From Phoronis australis (Eukaryota; Animalia; Phoronida): a DNA stretch of 35,972 bases. Each line of letters starts with the position of its first letter. Within the stretch, counting starts at the first letter, position 1. The translations under genes and the position numbers were made by a program. Where the stretch lies: the NCBI GenBank assembly GCA_002633005.1, contig NMRA01000667.1, forward strand, positions 1 through 35,972, written 5' to 3'. Shown piece by piece: positions 1-12,900 of the stretch. The notes below the pieces were generated by a model that saw only the letters and a program-made list of their open reading frames with translations, was not told the DNA's origin and made no database searches.

Positions 1-1277
1 TCTTGGGGGTCTTTATTTTGTTATGCATTTTTATTTTTGACAGTTTTGAATAAACAGAACGAGAAATTAAAAAAAAATTCTTTTTCATTTGGGAATATTG
101 AATCAGCATCGATTCAGCAAGCTGTATTGAAAAAAATGGTTAATGTAGGTATACAGCCACCTTTGGCGGTCAAATATTAACGATTTAGACTTCTAGGCAG
201 AAATGACAAGTTGTGTAAAGCTCAACACCGCGGTCGGCACATAAAATGACCAGCTATGATGAGTCACCTAGTTGAGCACGATCTCAAGCAGTCATGAACT
301 CCTATTTTTCCTAAAGTCCAGGAATGTCAGTAACCCGAGATAGCAACAACTTAAGACCAGTTATGTGATGGAAAGTTACCGGAATCAAAAACTAAGTCCT
401 TGATGGAAGGCAGGTATATAGCCACTTGATAAAACATACTTTTAAGTTTATGCTGGACCTTACTGACAAATCTCTATTTAGCTAAATGTCAGCAAAGCAA
501 TAGATTCAAAGTCAGTAAAATACATATTTTCTGAAAGTAGAAAGCTTGTAGATGTCGATTTTTAACTTTATGTAATAAATTGGTCACCCGAAAAAAAATT
601 ATCGAAAAGGAAAGGTGCAAAATTGTATCGATAATAGTACCAATTTTTTGTTTTGATTTCAATGTTTCGTTTTGTTTTATGCAACTTTTGAGCCTTAATA
701 AAAATGATAAATGTCCTATTTTTGATAGCCCTCAGGAAAAGTGGAACATTTTAAAAACAATTCCTTAAAACCGTTTGAAGAAGAGCATATAAAGCGTGAA
801 GTGCAAAAGTTTGATATGAATCCATTCCGTCATTTCTGAGACATGATATGATGAAGTGTTAACCAAATTAGGACATTTTCTTGAATCCTACATAACCCTG
901 AAGCTATCTCTTGTCTGGATCACCAAGAGGTCAATCAGAAAGGCTATGGATATGTGCATAGACTTTCAGCTCACCACCTTTTGTCAAGTAAAGGGATTTG
1001 TCGGATGTCCCAAGCCTGGCTTCAAATCCGGAGTTCAGGCCTTGACATTAACGAAAGCAATGACCAGTGCAGCTGATTCCACGTTCACCACAGATTGGAG
1101 ATTATGTTTTCAGTGATTGACAATTTATAAAACGTAAGCAGTCCTTTGGTAAAGCATAATGGCCATCATATTGCCCACAGCACTACAAGTTCGTTACATA
1201 TGCAAATGCTCCCATTACAAAAATATCTTAATCACTCGCTACTTTTTAAAGGTTGAAATGACACCGAATACATGCAA

Positions 1278-1464
1278 TTTATTAAAAAACAAAGTCAATA
1301 TTGCACATAGAAATGCCACTGCTTTGACATCACACTAAGTCAGCTACAAACAAAACATCTTGTAGTACATCACATAATTATTGTCAAATATTGACAACAG
1401 CTACAAATACTACGATAAAATCTTGTCAATTGAGGACAAAACAGTGGACAGATGAAATTTTATT
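1278..1464 (-). terminator. Candidate EXOC3 polyadenylation signals (AATAAA on minus strand at 1278-1283 and 1459-1464)
   Basis: tttatt on + strand; implies a ~2.2-2.4 kb 3' UTR; no transcript evidence. Confidence 0.35.
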
Positions 1465-3684
1465 TGCTCATTTTTCATAAGTAATGTGTAGCACCAAATT
1501 AATGCTTCATCATGTTTAGGTTAAGCACCAAAGTGACGACCAGACAATGTTTCAAAAACAATAATTGTGAGCATCAATAACAGAGTAAAAATCTTGAAAA
1601 ATGAAAAGGGTGCCATTTTGTCACCAATTGCCAAGATTTGACCATGAGAACTATAATACAGCAACATTCTAAACTGACTTAAATGAGCAGAAAGGAGTTG
1701 CCTCGGAACGGGAAATCCTGCAGTTACTGGGACAAAAGTAACACCTGCAGCAACTACTACTCGACAAAAATTATCGAACAAAATGACAGAGAATCCCATC
1801 ATGTCGACTGAAGGCAAGCGGTAGTCCCCCATCCAGCTAAGTTCAAGCAGACGTCACAGTCAGATTAGTTGGAATGATCAGTTATTACCCATCATGCCAG
1901 GGAAACTTTTGTCAAGATACATGTCAGTTTGGCTGTCGATATTTTCAAAAAGGTGCGAAATCAGGGAAAAGGACCAGGTCATCCATATTGTCAAATGAAG
2001 AATGGAGTAATGTACACCATAATTCTGAACTAAAAGTTGATTTGTCTCTCTCGCAACGTTGCAACCTGTGAGGTTCTCATTTACCAAGTTAAAGGTAAAT
2101 GTTACCTTTTTTTAATTGTTTTGGTCAATCCGGCATATTTTGCCTTCTCTAAAGGGCATTTTGAACCTTATGTACAAAAATGAAATTAATAAAAATTAAA
2201 GAATTTTTCAAATCATAAGTGTGACACAGTACGCAAGTTCCGAATGTGATTAAGCTGTGTTCTCTTACCTTGTTCCTAGTGGCTGAGATGCTCATCAATT
2301 TGAAGTTCTAGCTTTGGTGTTCAATGTTCTTGTTGAAAACAAAAATAGAATCTTATCGTGGTCAGGAATATTTAAGAGACCGGTTTTATGAGAGCATAAG
2401 GTCCAATTTGATTTTCGTTGAAGTTTAACAATGATAAAGCCAAGAGAGAGAAAGGCCCCATGAGAGAAATTAGGGACACACAAATGAGTCCACCACAAAC
2501 TTGCCAGATTTAACCTACAGTGAGCAAAGCACTTGAACCAGTCAATCGACAACATATTGACTGAATGTCACACAGGCATGAAAATGTATGGACCTTGAGG
2601 AAAGGCTCATTAAGCAGCAAAAATTCAGGAGAAACTTCTAGCAAACAAATTAACTCTGCGTGCACACTTGAAGCTAAATGTTGCAACCAGGAAAAATCCA
2701 GAAGTAAAATTGCAGTCATGCAGAACAAAAATGCCAGTCAGCAACAAAGAGATAATTAAAAATACCTGACACTTAATGGTAAAAAAATACTGCATACCTG
2801 CATACCCTGCTGACAATACAACATTATATTGCAAAACTGAAATGTCCAAAAGAGGGTGCCATGGAAGTCAAATCCGTCCAAAATTTGACACATCCAAGTC
2901 ACAAACCCTTGCACCAAATTTCAAAAAAATTTGAGGAACTGCTATGATGCTCAGTGAGTCGACTTCATCCAAAAAACAACTGCTTCCACTGGTGCAAGTG
3001 CACTGCCACAACATACCACTGTGGCAATTTTCAGCAAACTTAACCGTTGTTTTGCCAAAAATTGACTGACAAGGGATTTATAAGAAATTAAAACTGCCAA
3101 CAGGGGGTGCCTTAATCATTACTGAAATCGATAGATAGGCAAAGGTAATAAAGGACGAGAAGCCGACTTCATGCAACCACAAAGTTCGTTGTGAGCGCAC
3201 AATAAAGTGATCGCATAACTCCATCTTGTGACTTTCCTGAGTGTTAGTCCACAATCAAATTGCACGACAATCCACACGCTCTCAGTCTGTATACTATCCC
3301 TTAATGGTTGTCTAGGCAACAGGTTTTTCAGCTCCATTACTTCCCACATCAAATCTGTATTAACATATTCAGTCCAGGGAGGTGACTGCACACCTTTGCA
3401 CTCTTTATGAGTCTGCCCAACAGTCAACCAATCGCTACAGCTCAACTGTTGCGTCCTCAGTGTCTCTCTCATTCTTTAACTCATAGCTGCCATCCACTCA
3501 TTAGTCGCATGACAGTCTGTATTTGTTAAGTCTAGACCATGTGTTCATTCATGACTGTCTCCACTGCCAGCCACTGGGGTCCACTCTGACTGATATCCTC
3601 TTTGTATACCAAAAAGCCAAACTATGTGTCACTCCCGGCTGCAGCATCTCTGTACCCACCTTATAACGCATGACCTCTGTCACT

Positions 3685-3936
3685 CTACAAGTCGTAGAAC
3701 ACCATCTGTATACCTTTCGTCCTCGCTATGTGTTCATCTGTGATAGTCTCGACTGCCAGCCGCTGCGCCTCACTTTTACTGATGTCATCTCTGTAGGCCA
3801 ACAAGTTAACGAGATGTTCCCTCTTTACATCTGGGTACTCTGTGACCAGGCTGGACAGTTCCAGTTGAATCATAGTGGCATCTGTCATACGGATGATCTC
3901 GGCCAGCTTGGGGAAGACGTCGTAGTGCTTTGAAAC
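3685..3936 (-). CDS. EXOC3: EXOC3 last coding exon (VSKHYDVFPKLAEIIRMTD...QMVFYDL*)
   Basis: tacttag|GTT...TAG, 252 nt; ELSSLVTEYPD motif. Confidence 0.95.
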   Translation of the reverse strand, partial: VSKHYDVFPKLAEIIRMTDATMIQLELSSLVTEYPDVKREHLVNLLAYRDDISKSEAQRLAVETITDEHIARTKGIQMVFYDL

Positions 3937-6900
3937 CTAAGTAACGGGAAGGTGAGATTTCATAATTTAGTAAAAATAATTACTCTGGCAACACCCTGTC
4001 CTAATGATGAGACAGGACTAAAAGATAGCTCCACTTTACACGTATTAATATCATTTCCGGGTATTAGTGTTTCACCTCATCTATATCAACCACCTCAAGT
4101 AACGAATTATCTTTCCATGAGAAATAACAGAGAACACTAAAAAGTGATGATCCTGGTTGTGTTGCCTTGAGACGAGCAATGAAATTGTAGGCTCCAAACA
4201 TCGTGACTTACAACTCAAATTGTATCAGTTTGATACTCAGTATACGAGAAATATCATGCTACCTAAAATTGCCTCACCTTCTCATGTAGAATACAGTTTG
4301 ATAGACTGTTATTAAAACAACAAATTAAGCAAATTTAAGTTCTTCCATATAAACTATTATTACTTCCTCATGTGAGAATACTTCAATATTATCATATTCA
4401 TAAGAAAGGTTTTTATCAATTTATTTAAAAAAAAAAAATACCGAGGACACAATCATGTACATCTTGTGGAGCAGTAGAAAATTTAGCCATAAGTTTGTTC
4501 ATGTTCAATGTAAATATGTTACAGCTTTGTGGCATGACTTTCAGAGGTATGAACAACATAATTTAAACTTAGACAAGGATGTGAAATTGATTACATATTT
4601 TGGACATACTTTTGAAGAGGTCAACAGTACGTTAGCCATGTGTCAATAATTTATTTAACAGACGTGCTACATAGCATTTAATTTTTGAAACTATATCGCC
4701 ATAAGAAATAGTCTCCTTTCAACAAATGTGAAACCCCGTAATACAGTCTACATAAATCCTAAACAATCATTTGAAGCAGTAGTAAAAAAATCAAATCGTG
4801 TTTACCTATTATTTTGAAGCATGAATATGTGTGTGTGTGTGTGTGTGCGTATGTGACTGTATACTTATCGAACGAAAAATTAAAAGGAACATCATAGTTG
4901 TTTAGCTTTGGTTAACATACAATACCAATATGTGCAGTGACATGATGAAACAAGTCTTGTCACTAGATAGCAACAGGGTAGATTGTGACCACCATTCTGT
5001 CAAATTGCCGCTGTTGTGCAGGGAGATAATCTAACGATTCACACAAAAAATGTCCAACATCTCGAAATGTCCGTCAACGTGATCCTCTTACACACCAGGA
5101 ACAAAAAATGCTTCAAGCCAAAAACGGTTTGTGCTAAAAAGGTTAATGGAGAATGCTTTTATTCAGCTCAGGTATCCTCCAGTACTCACCTGACTTGTGT
5201 GAGGGGCCAACTCTTTGAACAGCACCTGTAGTTGCTCCACTTGTACACACACCTTTTCACCCGCTAGTTTACGCTCATCGTTGTTCTTAAACGACAACTT
5301 CCTGCCAAGGGAAATGAAGAATTTCAGCTCCAACAGACGTCACTACCATCTTAATGAAACCAAGAGGGCAGAGCAGTGGCAACAAAACAGTGCTCACAGA
5401 TTGCAGCCACTACAGACAGCCCGTGTTTCGCTAAGAGAGAAATTTTGTTCAAGACCAACTGCCTTAAAAAACTGATCACAATTTGTTCCTCACTTAAATG
5501 AGAATTCATTTGTCGTGACAAGACAGCTGCTCCAAAACCCAGAAACCAAATCTAATTTGAGTAAGCAACAAGTTAGTAAAGACTAATTCCACCCTAACTG
5601 TAAGTGGTATAAACCTTATTAAAGTTAATTAATTTTATTACAGAGAGCCAATTTGTAGCAGCTTTAACCAAATATTCTGTTGCAAAACATTTTTCAAAAC
5701 ACGGCAGTTGGTTAAGCGGTACCTTTTTCAGTTTCATTTAGTAAGTAAAATCGGTTAAGTCATGTTACTAATTCATACTCTAACTAAACTTTTAAACTCA
5801 CATACAAAAAATTTTAAGACAAACAATGTAACACTAACTAAGCTACATTAGGTAACAATCTGTCACAGTCTGTACCTTACAATATTTTATTAACAAACAC
5901 TTCACAAAATACTGATAAATTTGTAATAGTTGGCAGCTCTGCTTTTAACAAATTAAGGATCAGACTCGCAATTGCAGCAGTCCAAAGAAATTAGATTAGC
6001 CAATCAAATTTCAAAATCTTACTTGTTTGGTCCAATCAAACACTTGAGATAGCTGGTGAGTATTTGCCTTTGTATCTTCAACATTAGAGAGTCAAAGAAG
6101 CACTCCCTCAGGTGTACAAAGTCCTGACAGTAATCCTCCACCGTGATGCAAATGGTTTCAATGGCGTCGTCCGTGTCCAGCCAGTTCCTGGTGACCAGCT
6201 CTTGCAGGTGTGACCTCAAGTCAAGTACTACCTCTTCCATCAGATAGGTCTCACTATTGGTACAAAGTAACATATATGTTTGAGTTAATATCCTGGGCAT
6301 TTAAACTGAGAAATAAAGTTAGAAACTAGGTGAAGTTAAGCTGAATACAAAAGGGAAATGCTGGAAAACCAGGGAACCGATGCACGATTAACTAAACATA
6401 ATACATTTAACCAAACGGATACAGTGATTATGAATCCGATCTGCTGTTGCAGCTCTTTTTGTTGAACCTGTTAATATAGATACAAACAATAAAAAAACAT
6501 CGTTACTATAAGCAGAAATTATAAGACCTGCAAGCCTGGTTAGGTCGCTTTAAAAATTTGTAAGTGGCATTTGCGACCTGAAAATGCTAGCTCAAATTTT
6601 CGCCAAATCACACTTGGTTGCATATGTGCGTGTTGGGCATTCCAACTCCTGTGAGCCGAGTCGCATCGTTTCGAAACACCCCAACAACGTTTTAGTCGAA
6701 CAAGGAAGTACAGGTGCCTGGAATCTGTGTGTGCAAATTGAATTTCAAAATTGTGAGCTGAGATTTGGACGAGGCACAAACACCAAAGCAAGGTCTGCTG
6801 GTGCTTTCTTTCATAAGTCAATAGGGCAACTCAGGTGCTGTAATCCATTCTAGGTAGTGAATTGTTAACATTTTCCAAAATAAACTGGGCAGGTTTCCAT

Positions 6901-9900
6901 AGAGCTCTGGCTACTCAGCCAACATGATGGGCTTTATGATAGAACGACTTGGCATAGATGAGATTTTTTAAAACTAAATACGGTACAGGCCAAAAGTAAT
7001 CGGACAATTGCCCCGTCAAAATGGGTGATAACCCACCGTGATCCACCACAACGGGTCATTCTTCTTACTTCAACAGTGAACTGTGCTTAGCCATCATGAC
7101 AGACAATTCCTCTCGCACTCGGCCATCACATCGGCAATTCTGGTTCAATCGATCTGGATATTTTTGGCGTGTACTACACTTGTCTAACATCAACCCCTAG
7201 CCAGAGACTTTGAATAAAATTTAGCTACCAAATGGCAGGCAGAATTTCAGTAAATCACCGCGTACAACAGCGTTTCAGAGATTTTGACAAAAAGGAACCA
7301 AAATAAGAGCTGATTCTTGATGTACCAGCAATAAAACAAATTTTAGTCAAGCACTGCGACAATTTCTGCGTAATGTACAGTTCATTCACGACAGATAACT
7401 ACAGTGAGGTGCACGATGTCACATTTTTTGACCCATATCCACCAATCTCACCCCTGAGAACCGAGCCTGTCAAACTCATTCTGCATACTGCTGAACTGAC
7501 GCTCAATTTCCTGGTCATCTCCGTCTTCCTTGACGAATTTGTCCTTCAACTGTGCCACAAAGTTCTTGAACGATTCGCAGTTGTTCACATTGGCAATCTG
7601 AAATTGAACCCAACGTTGTTCACATTGCTCCACTAGAACCGCACAGAATAGATCTTAAAGCGAAGTCACAAAAATATTTGGACGGTAAAGTTTCTTGAAA
7701 TTAGAACCCAATATGGCGGAACAGTAAAATTTAAATCAAAATTTCCAACAAGAGTAAACGAGAAGACAATTTTACTTTATTTATTTGAAAATTTCATACA
7801 CTACGACTGTCATCAACAAATACAAGATGAAATTTTAAACATTTTTGGTAATACAGAGAGAGTTTGAAAAATCAAAAAATGACAATTTTGGCCATTATAG
7901 TAATATTTGCTCCAATTTAAGGAAACTTAACTGTAATACTTTTAAAGTATATACGACATGTTAAACAAGCATTCAATGATGAAGCTCCATATTGGCTAAA
8001 ATAAATCTTCTTTGAGAAAATATACTGATTACATTCAGTACACTCTAAAACCAGAAATTCAACAGTGTGTTAATAATCACTTACTGAATTGAATTGCAAC
8101 AGTTTCAGGATCTTTATTGTCGATTAACAAAAACAAAGTAGAGAATTCCCGACAAAGAAAGCGTGAAACTAAAAGTCACACCCAACCAATAATTCCCCAC
8201 AAGGAAAGCACCAAATTTAAGCTAAAACTCACACCCAACCACATTACACTGAAGATAGTTGGAAAGAAGTTTGTGTCAACCTTACTGTTCCATGTTCACT
8301 CAAATTGTAACTCAAGCAGCATTACTGTAGCAGACGGACCAGATCTTCCATCAACCACCAAACTTATTACGGTTAAAAGAAACTTCGGTAAGCGATAGTT
8401 TCGGAACAGAGCTGGTTAGCTATAGAATAATCTTAATCCTCATATTTTACTTTGCAACGTGTTAAACTAGTGTTTCACCTTGTTCCTCTTTTATATTGAA
8501 TTTTTCTTAATTTTCCAGTTATTTAAACTACTATTAATACATGTATATGTTTCTTTTAAATGTATTAGCCAGGACCTTGTTGAAAATAGGTGCTGTATTA
8601 ACAGAAAAATATTTTCATCTACACTACCCAGTTTACCATACAAGTTTGAGCTAAAAAAGCTTGACAATTATGATGTCATCTCAACTCAGCTGGCAATGGT
8701 AACAATGCAGATGACATCATGCTACTGTCATAGTAACTAGGGTGATGACATCACAAACTGTAATCAAAAGTTATGGCAACAGAATATGAGTTTAAGAAAA
8801 AGAATGAACCGGCAGGACAGGACAGTTCCCATGCACGAGAGAAAATGGGTAAGTAACATGTTATAGTTATTAGGAAAAAATGGGGATTAAGTTAAAAAGC
8901 TCAAGGTGCGTAGAAATAGGAAAAACGCAACATGAGAAAATCACTGGACTGCTCACACAAAGGTAATCAGAGAACAAATAAATGGTAAAATACACAGAGA
9001 CATTGTAGTTGATAATATAAATGCTAGAAGAACCACAGATAGCTGTACAGACAAAAATTAAAATATAGCTCTAAAATGATAAAATTAAATTTGAATTCGT
9101 GAGCAGACATTGAATAATTGATCTTGTATCTCTATCTTTCATAATGTGACGAAGGGTAACATTGTGTTAAAACTGAAATTCTTGCAAAGTAAACACTGCT
9201 AACTTGGCTTTCACTTTATTCTTTAAGTAAAAAATGATACTAATTGGTAGCAGATATATTCGGCTTTCAAGAATGAACTTACTAAAGTAGGCAAAGCAAG
9301 TTAATCAATACTCCGTAACTAAAAACACTAGGCAAGAAACAGAACTTCCTGGTACGTGAAACACAAAACACCTCTGAAATTTAAGGCTTATGTAGGGTAA
9401 ACATTGTGGCAACAAAATTCAAGAATAGTCCATACAAAATCCACGTGACGCAAGTGAAGCAAGAGGCCTTTGCACAGAGACATCTACGTTCAGGTAAATC
9501 ACGTGGGTTCTTATCACACAAGAACACCCCCGTGCTTATCAACTGCTTTCTGCTCCAACTTTATTCAGATGTCAAAAGGAGCACGGTCTCTTAATTTATT
9601 AGCGCCACCTATTGAATATCTAGCTGAATATCTTAACAGTTGACCAGTCAGCAAATATGTACTGAAGACGATTTACTTTAAATTCATTTGTCACAACTAG
9701 TACTTCTATGTACAGTATATCTATGTACAGTATAAGTGTATATTTAGGCCCATGTGCCTATATGTGAAATAATGTGTTCTATCAAATAAAAAATTACTCA
9801 AGACTTCTGTACATAGATACAGGTACCTAGTAAGCTTCAGTTATAGGCACAAGTGGCTATTTTTTATCCATAAGCAAGCTTTAAACTGGATGTTTTTGCA

Positions 9901-12900
9901 TGTATTTTGTAAAACAACTGTAGAGCCTTTCATTTACACAGATTGTTTAAATGACTACACAGCAACTTCAACGTTTTGTAATCGAAAAGTCAAACTTCAC
10001 TATTTCACAATTTTGCTCTTAGTTTTACCCAAGACATCAGCACACTGACGATTCATGCGCTTAATTTCAGATAAACACACAGCTTCATGTCAAGGCCTCT
10101 GGATCTTAATGCACACTAACATAGTAAAACTGGAATGAACATTTAGAAAACTCCTAAAATGCATTACAATTAAAGTTAAAAAGAACGACAATCTCATTAC
10201 TTGGTAATAAAGAAAGATCAAAGAAACTGTCTAACAAAATGATGCCACAAAAGTCTTTGGCACTTCTCTATTACATCAAATTATAAGACTATTAACCAAG
10301 GCACCACAAAAATGCAACACTGAAAGATATCAATTCAGCTGAGCTGAAAATTGCAGCAAAGCTGATGACATCACGTAAATATACGATGACATCACACAAA
10401 AAATGATGACATCATTCATTGTAGTCACAAAACATGGCAACCTCTCATGGAAACAACAACAACAGAAATGGAAGAGAAGATGAGGTACAAGAACTGAGTA
10501 TTGAATCCTAAAGAAAGAGCACATGCCGACACAGGTAAGATGACTTTGTTTACCAATGCATGCCAAGAAAAATGTTTAAATTCTGAACCTTCAATTTCAA
10601 ATCACTCAACGGCCAAACATAAAACATTTCCAGAAGTATCACTGAAAGACATCATTGCAACAAAGCTGATGACATCATGGAAATACATGATGACATCACA
10701 CAAAAGACAATGACATCACTCATTGTAGTCACAGAACATGACAACCTCTCATGGAAACAACTACAACAGGGATGGCAGAGAAGAAGACACAAAAGAACTA
10801 CCAGTATTGTATCCTAAAGAAAGAGTATATGCCGGCACAGGTAAGATGACTTTGTTTAATAATGCATGCCAAGAAAAATGTTCAAATTCTAAAGCTTAAA
10901 TTTCAAATCACTTAAGGGCTGCAAAAAACATTACTTTCAAAATGTCTGGATAAGCATGAAAGGATGAAGGAAGTTTTAGATCTTAAAACTCAGGTCAGGT
11001 AGTTATCATCCTTAATGTATGTTTCTGGGTCAGGATGATTACTAAATCTGCTGTCATTCAGGTCTAAGTGATAATTAAATAATGAGCAGAACTGTGCTCC
11101 TGGTACCCACAGACATACACTAAAGAATTTCTTTGGAATGCAGGAAGATTTGGCAACATCAACTGTCAAATAAAATATATCAATACTTAATGAAATTTGG
11201 CAAGTATCTTAGTATTTGAAAATAGAAAAACAAACAAACCTATGCTGTAATAATACTTTGATTTACAACAAAAACTTAAAAATGAAAAAAGAATGAATTA
11301 GAACAAAAAAAAAGAAATGGCTCAATCAAGCTAACAGGAACTCACTGTGAAAAGACACTGATTAGCAGAAAATACATGATGGTGAAAGACATGAAGCTCT
11401 GCTTCAGAAACAAAGATTGTGAAGTATCAAAAACAAATTACGGAAACAGCACACAAAACAGGAAGTTTTCAAATAGGAGGAGAGCGAATGAATCCAAGGT
11501 AAGTAATGCCTGCTTGATGATATTAACAGGCATGCAGAACACGTGCATACTCTGACAAGGCTCAGTAGAAACATTTTGATAATAATGAAAAAATGTTATT
11601 CATTGTTCATTTTATTACAGCTAGAAATCTACTAAAAAGTTGGCCTCAAAGAAATTCTCCACAACTGCCCCGACTGTTGGTGTAGCACCCGACTGTGTGA
11701 AAGGTTGAAGGAAGCTTTAGATCTTCACACGGAGGTCAGGCAGTGGTCTTCCTTGGTGTTTGTTTCTGGGTCAGGATGATCACTAAATCTGCTGTCATTC
11801 AGGTCTAAGCGATGATTAAATAAAGACATGAATGCAATGAGCAGAACTGTGCCCCTGGTACCCACAAACAAAACACTTGAGAATCTCTTGGAAATGTGAA
11901 AAAATAGCAGCGTCATATATCTTGATTACTCAAATCACAGAAATGGCCAACTTTGTAGTAGTCAGAAAATACAATTAGAAAAGCGAATCATGTGGCATTG
12001 GAAATATCACAAGACAAGATGAAGAGAATACGTTACAGAAACGTTTCCAAAAATAATTTTGACGATAATTCGTTAAAATGAATATGAACAAAACAGCGGA
12101 AGAAGTACCGAAAACAAATATACCAAAGGCAAATTAACGGTTCTGCTCCATCAGGCTAACAGGTACTCACAGCAATGTGATAAGACACTGATTAGCAGAA
12201 CATAATGGCCTGGATTCTTTTGATCAAAAGAAACCAACTGGAAACACTCAACACTGAAGTCTGAAGACTCAAAAGTACACCAAGAGAAAAAAGAATCGAC
12301 CACAACAAATCAACGGGAAGTACACACCCTATCATTTTTTTCTGGTAAATATGTATGTAGTAGTAGTTGACAACGTGAAAGGATGAGAGAAGTTTCAGAT
12401 CTTCACACCGAGATCAGGAAGTTGTCTTCCTTGGTGTATATTTCTGGGTCAGGATGATTACTAAATCTGCTGTCATTCAGGTCTAAGAGATAATTAAATA
12501 AAGACATGAATGCAGTGCGCAGAACAGTGATCCTGGTACCCAGAGACATACACTACAGAATTCCTTTGTAATGCAGGAAGACTAGCTAGTTTTAGCAACA
12601 TCAATTGTCAAAATATAATACATCAAAAATAAATGAAATGTGGCAAATATCTTAGTATTTGAAAATAGAAAAACAAAGAAATCTATGCTGTAATACTACT
12701 GTGATTTTACAAGAACAACTTAAAAATGAAAAAGAATGAATTAGAAGAAAAGAAACGAAAAAGGAATGGCTCAATCAGGTTAACAGGTACTCACAGCAAT
12801 GTGAAAAGACACTGATTAGCAGAAAAGACATGATGGTGAAGGACATGAAGCTCTGCTTCACAAACAAAGATTGTGAAGTATCAAAAACAAATTATGGAAA

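Noticed and set aside
1-3472. Short ORFs and TTAA-flanked transposon-like fragments in the first 3.5 kb
   Set aside because: No recognisable proteins. The region looks like 3' UTR or intergenic DNA with old repeat remnants, but I could not pair TIRs or TSDs confidently.
3660-3687. Stop-codon readthrough or extra terminal exon of EXOC3
   Set aside because: The protein is already typical length (740 aa), there is no readthrough context, and another stop follows within a few codons.
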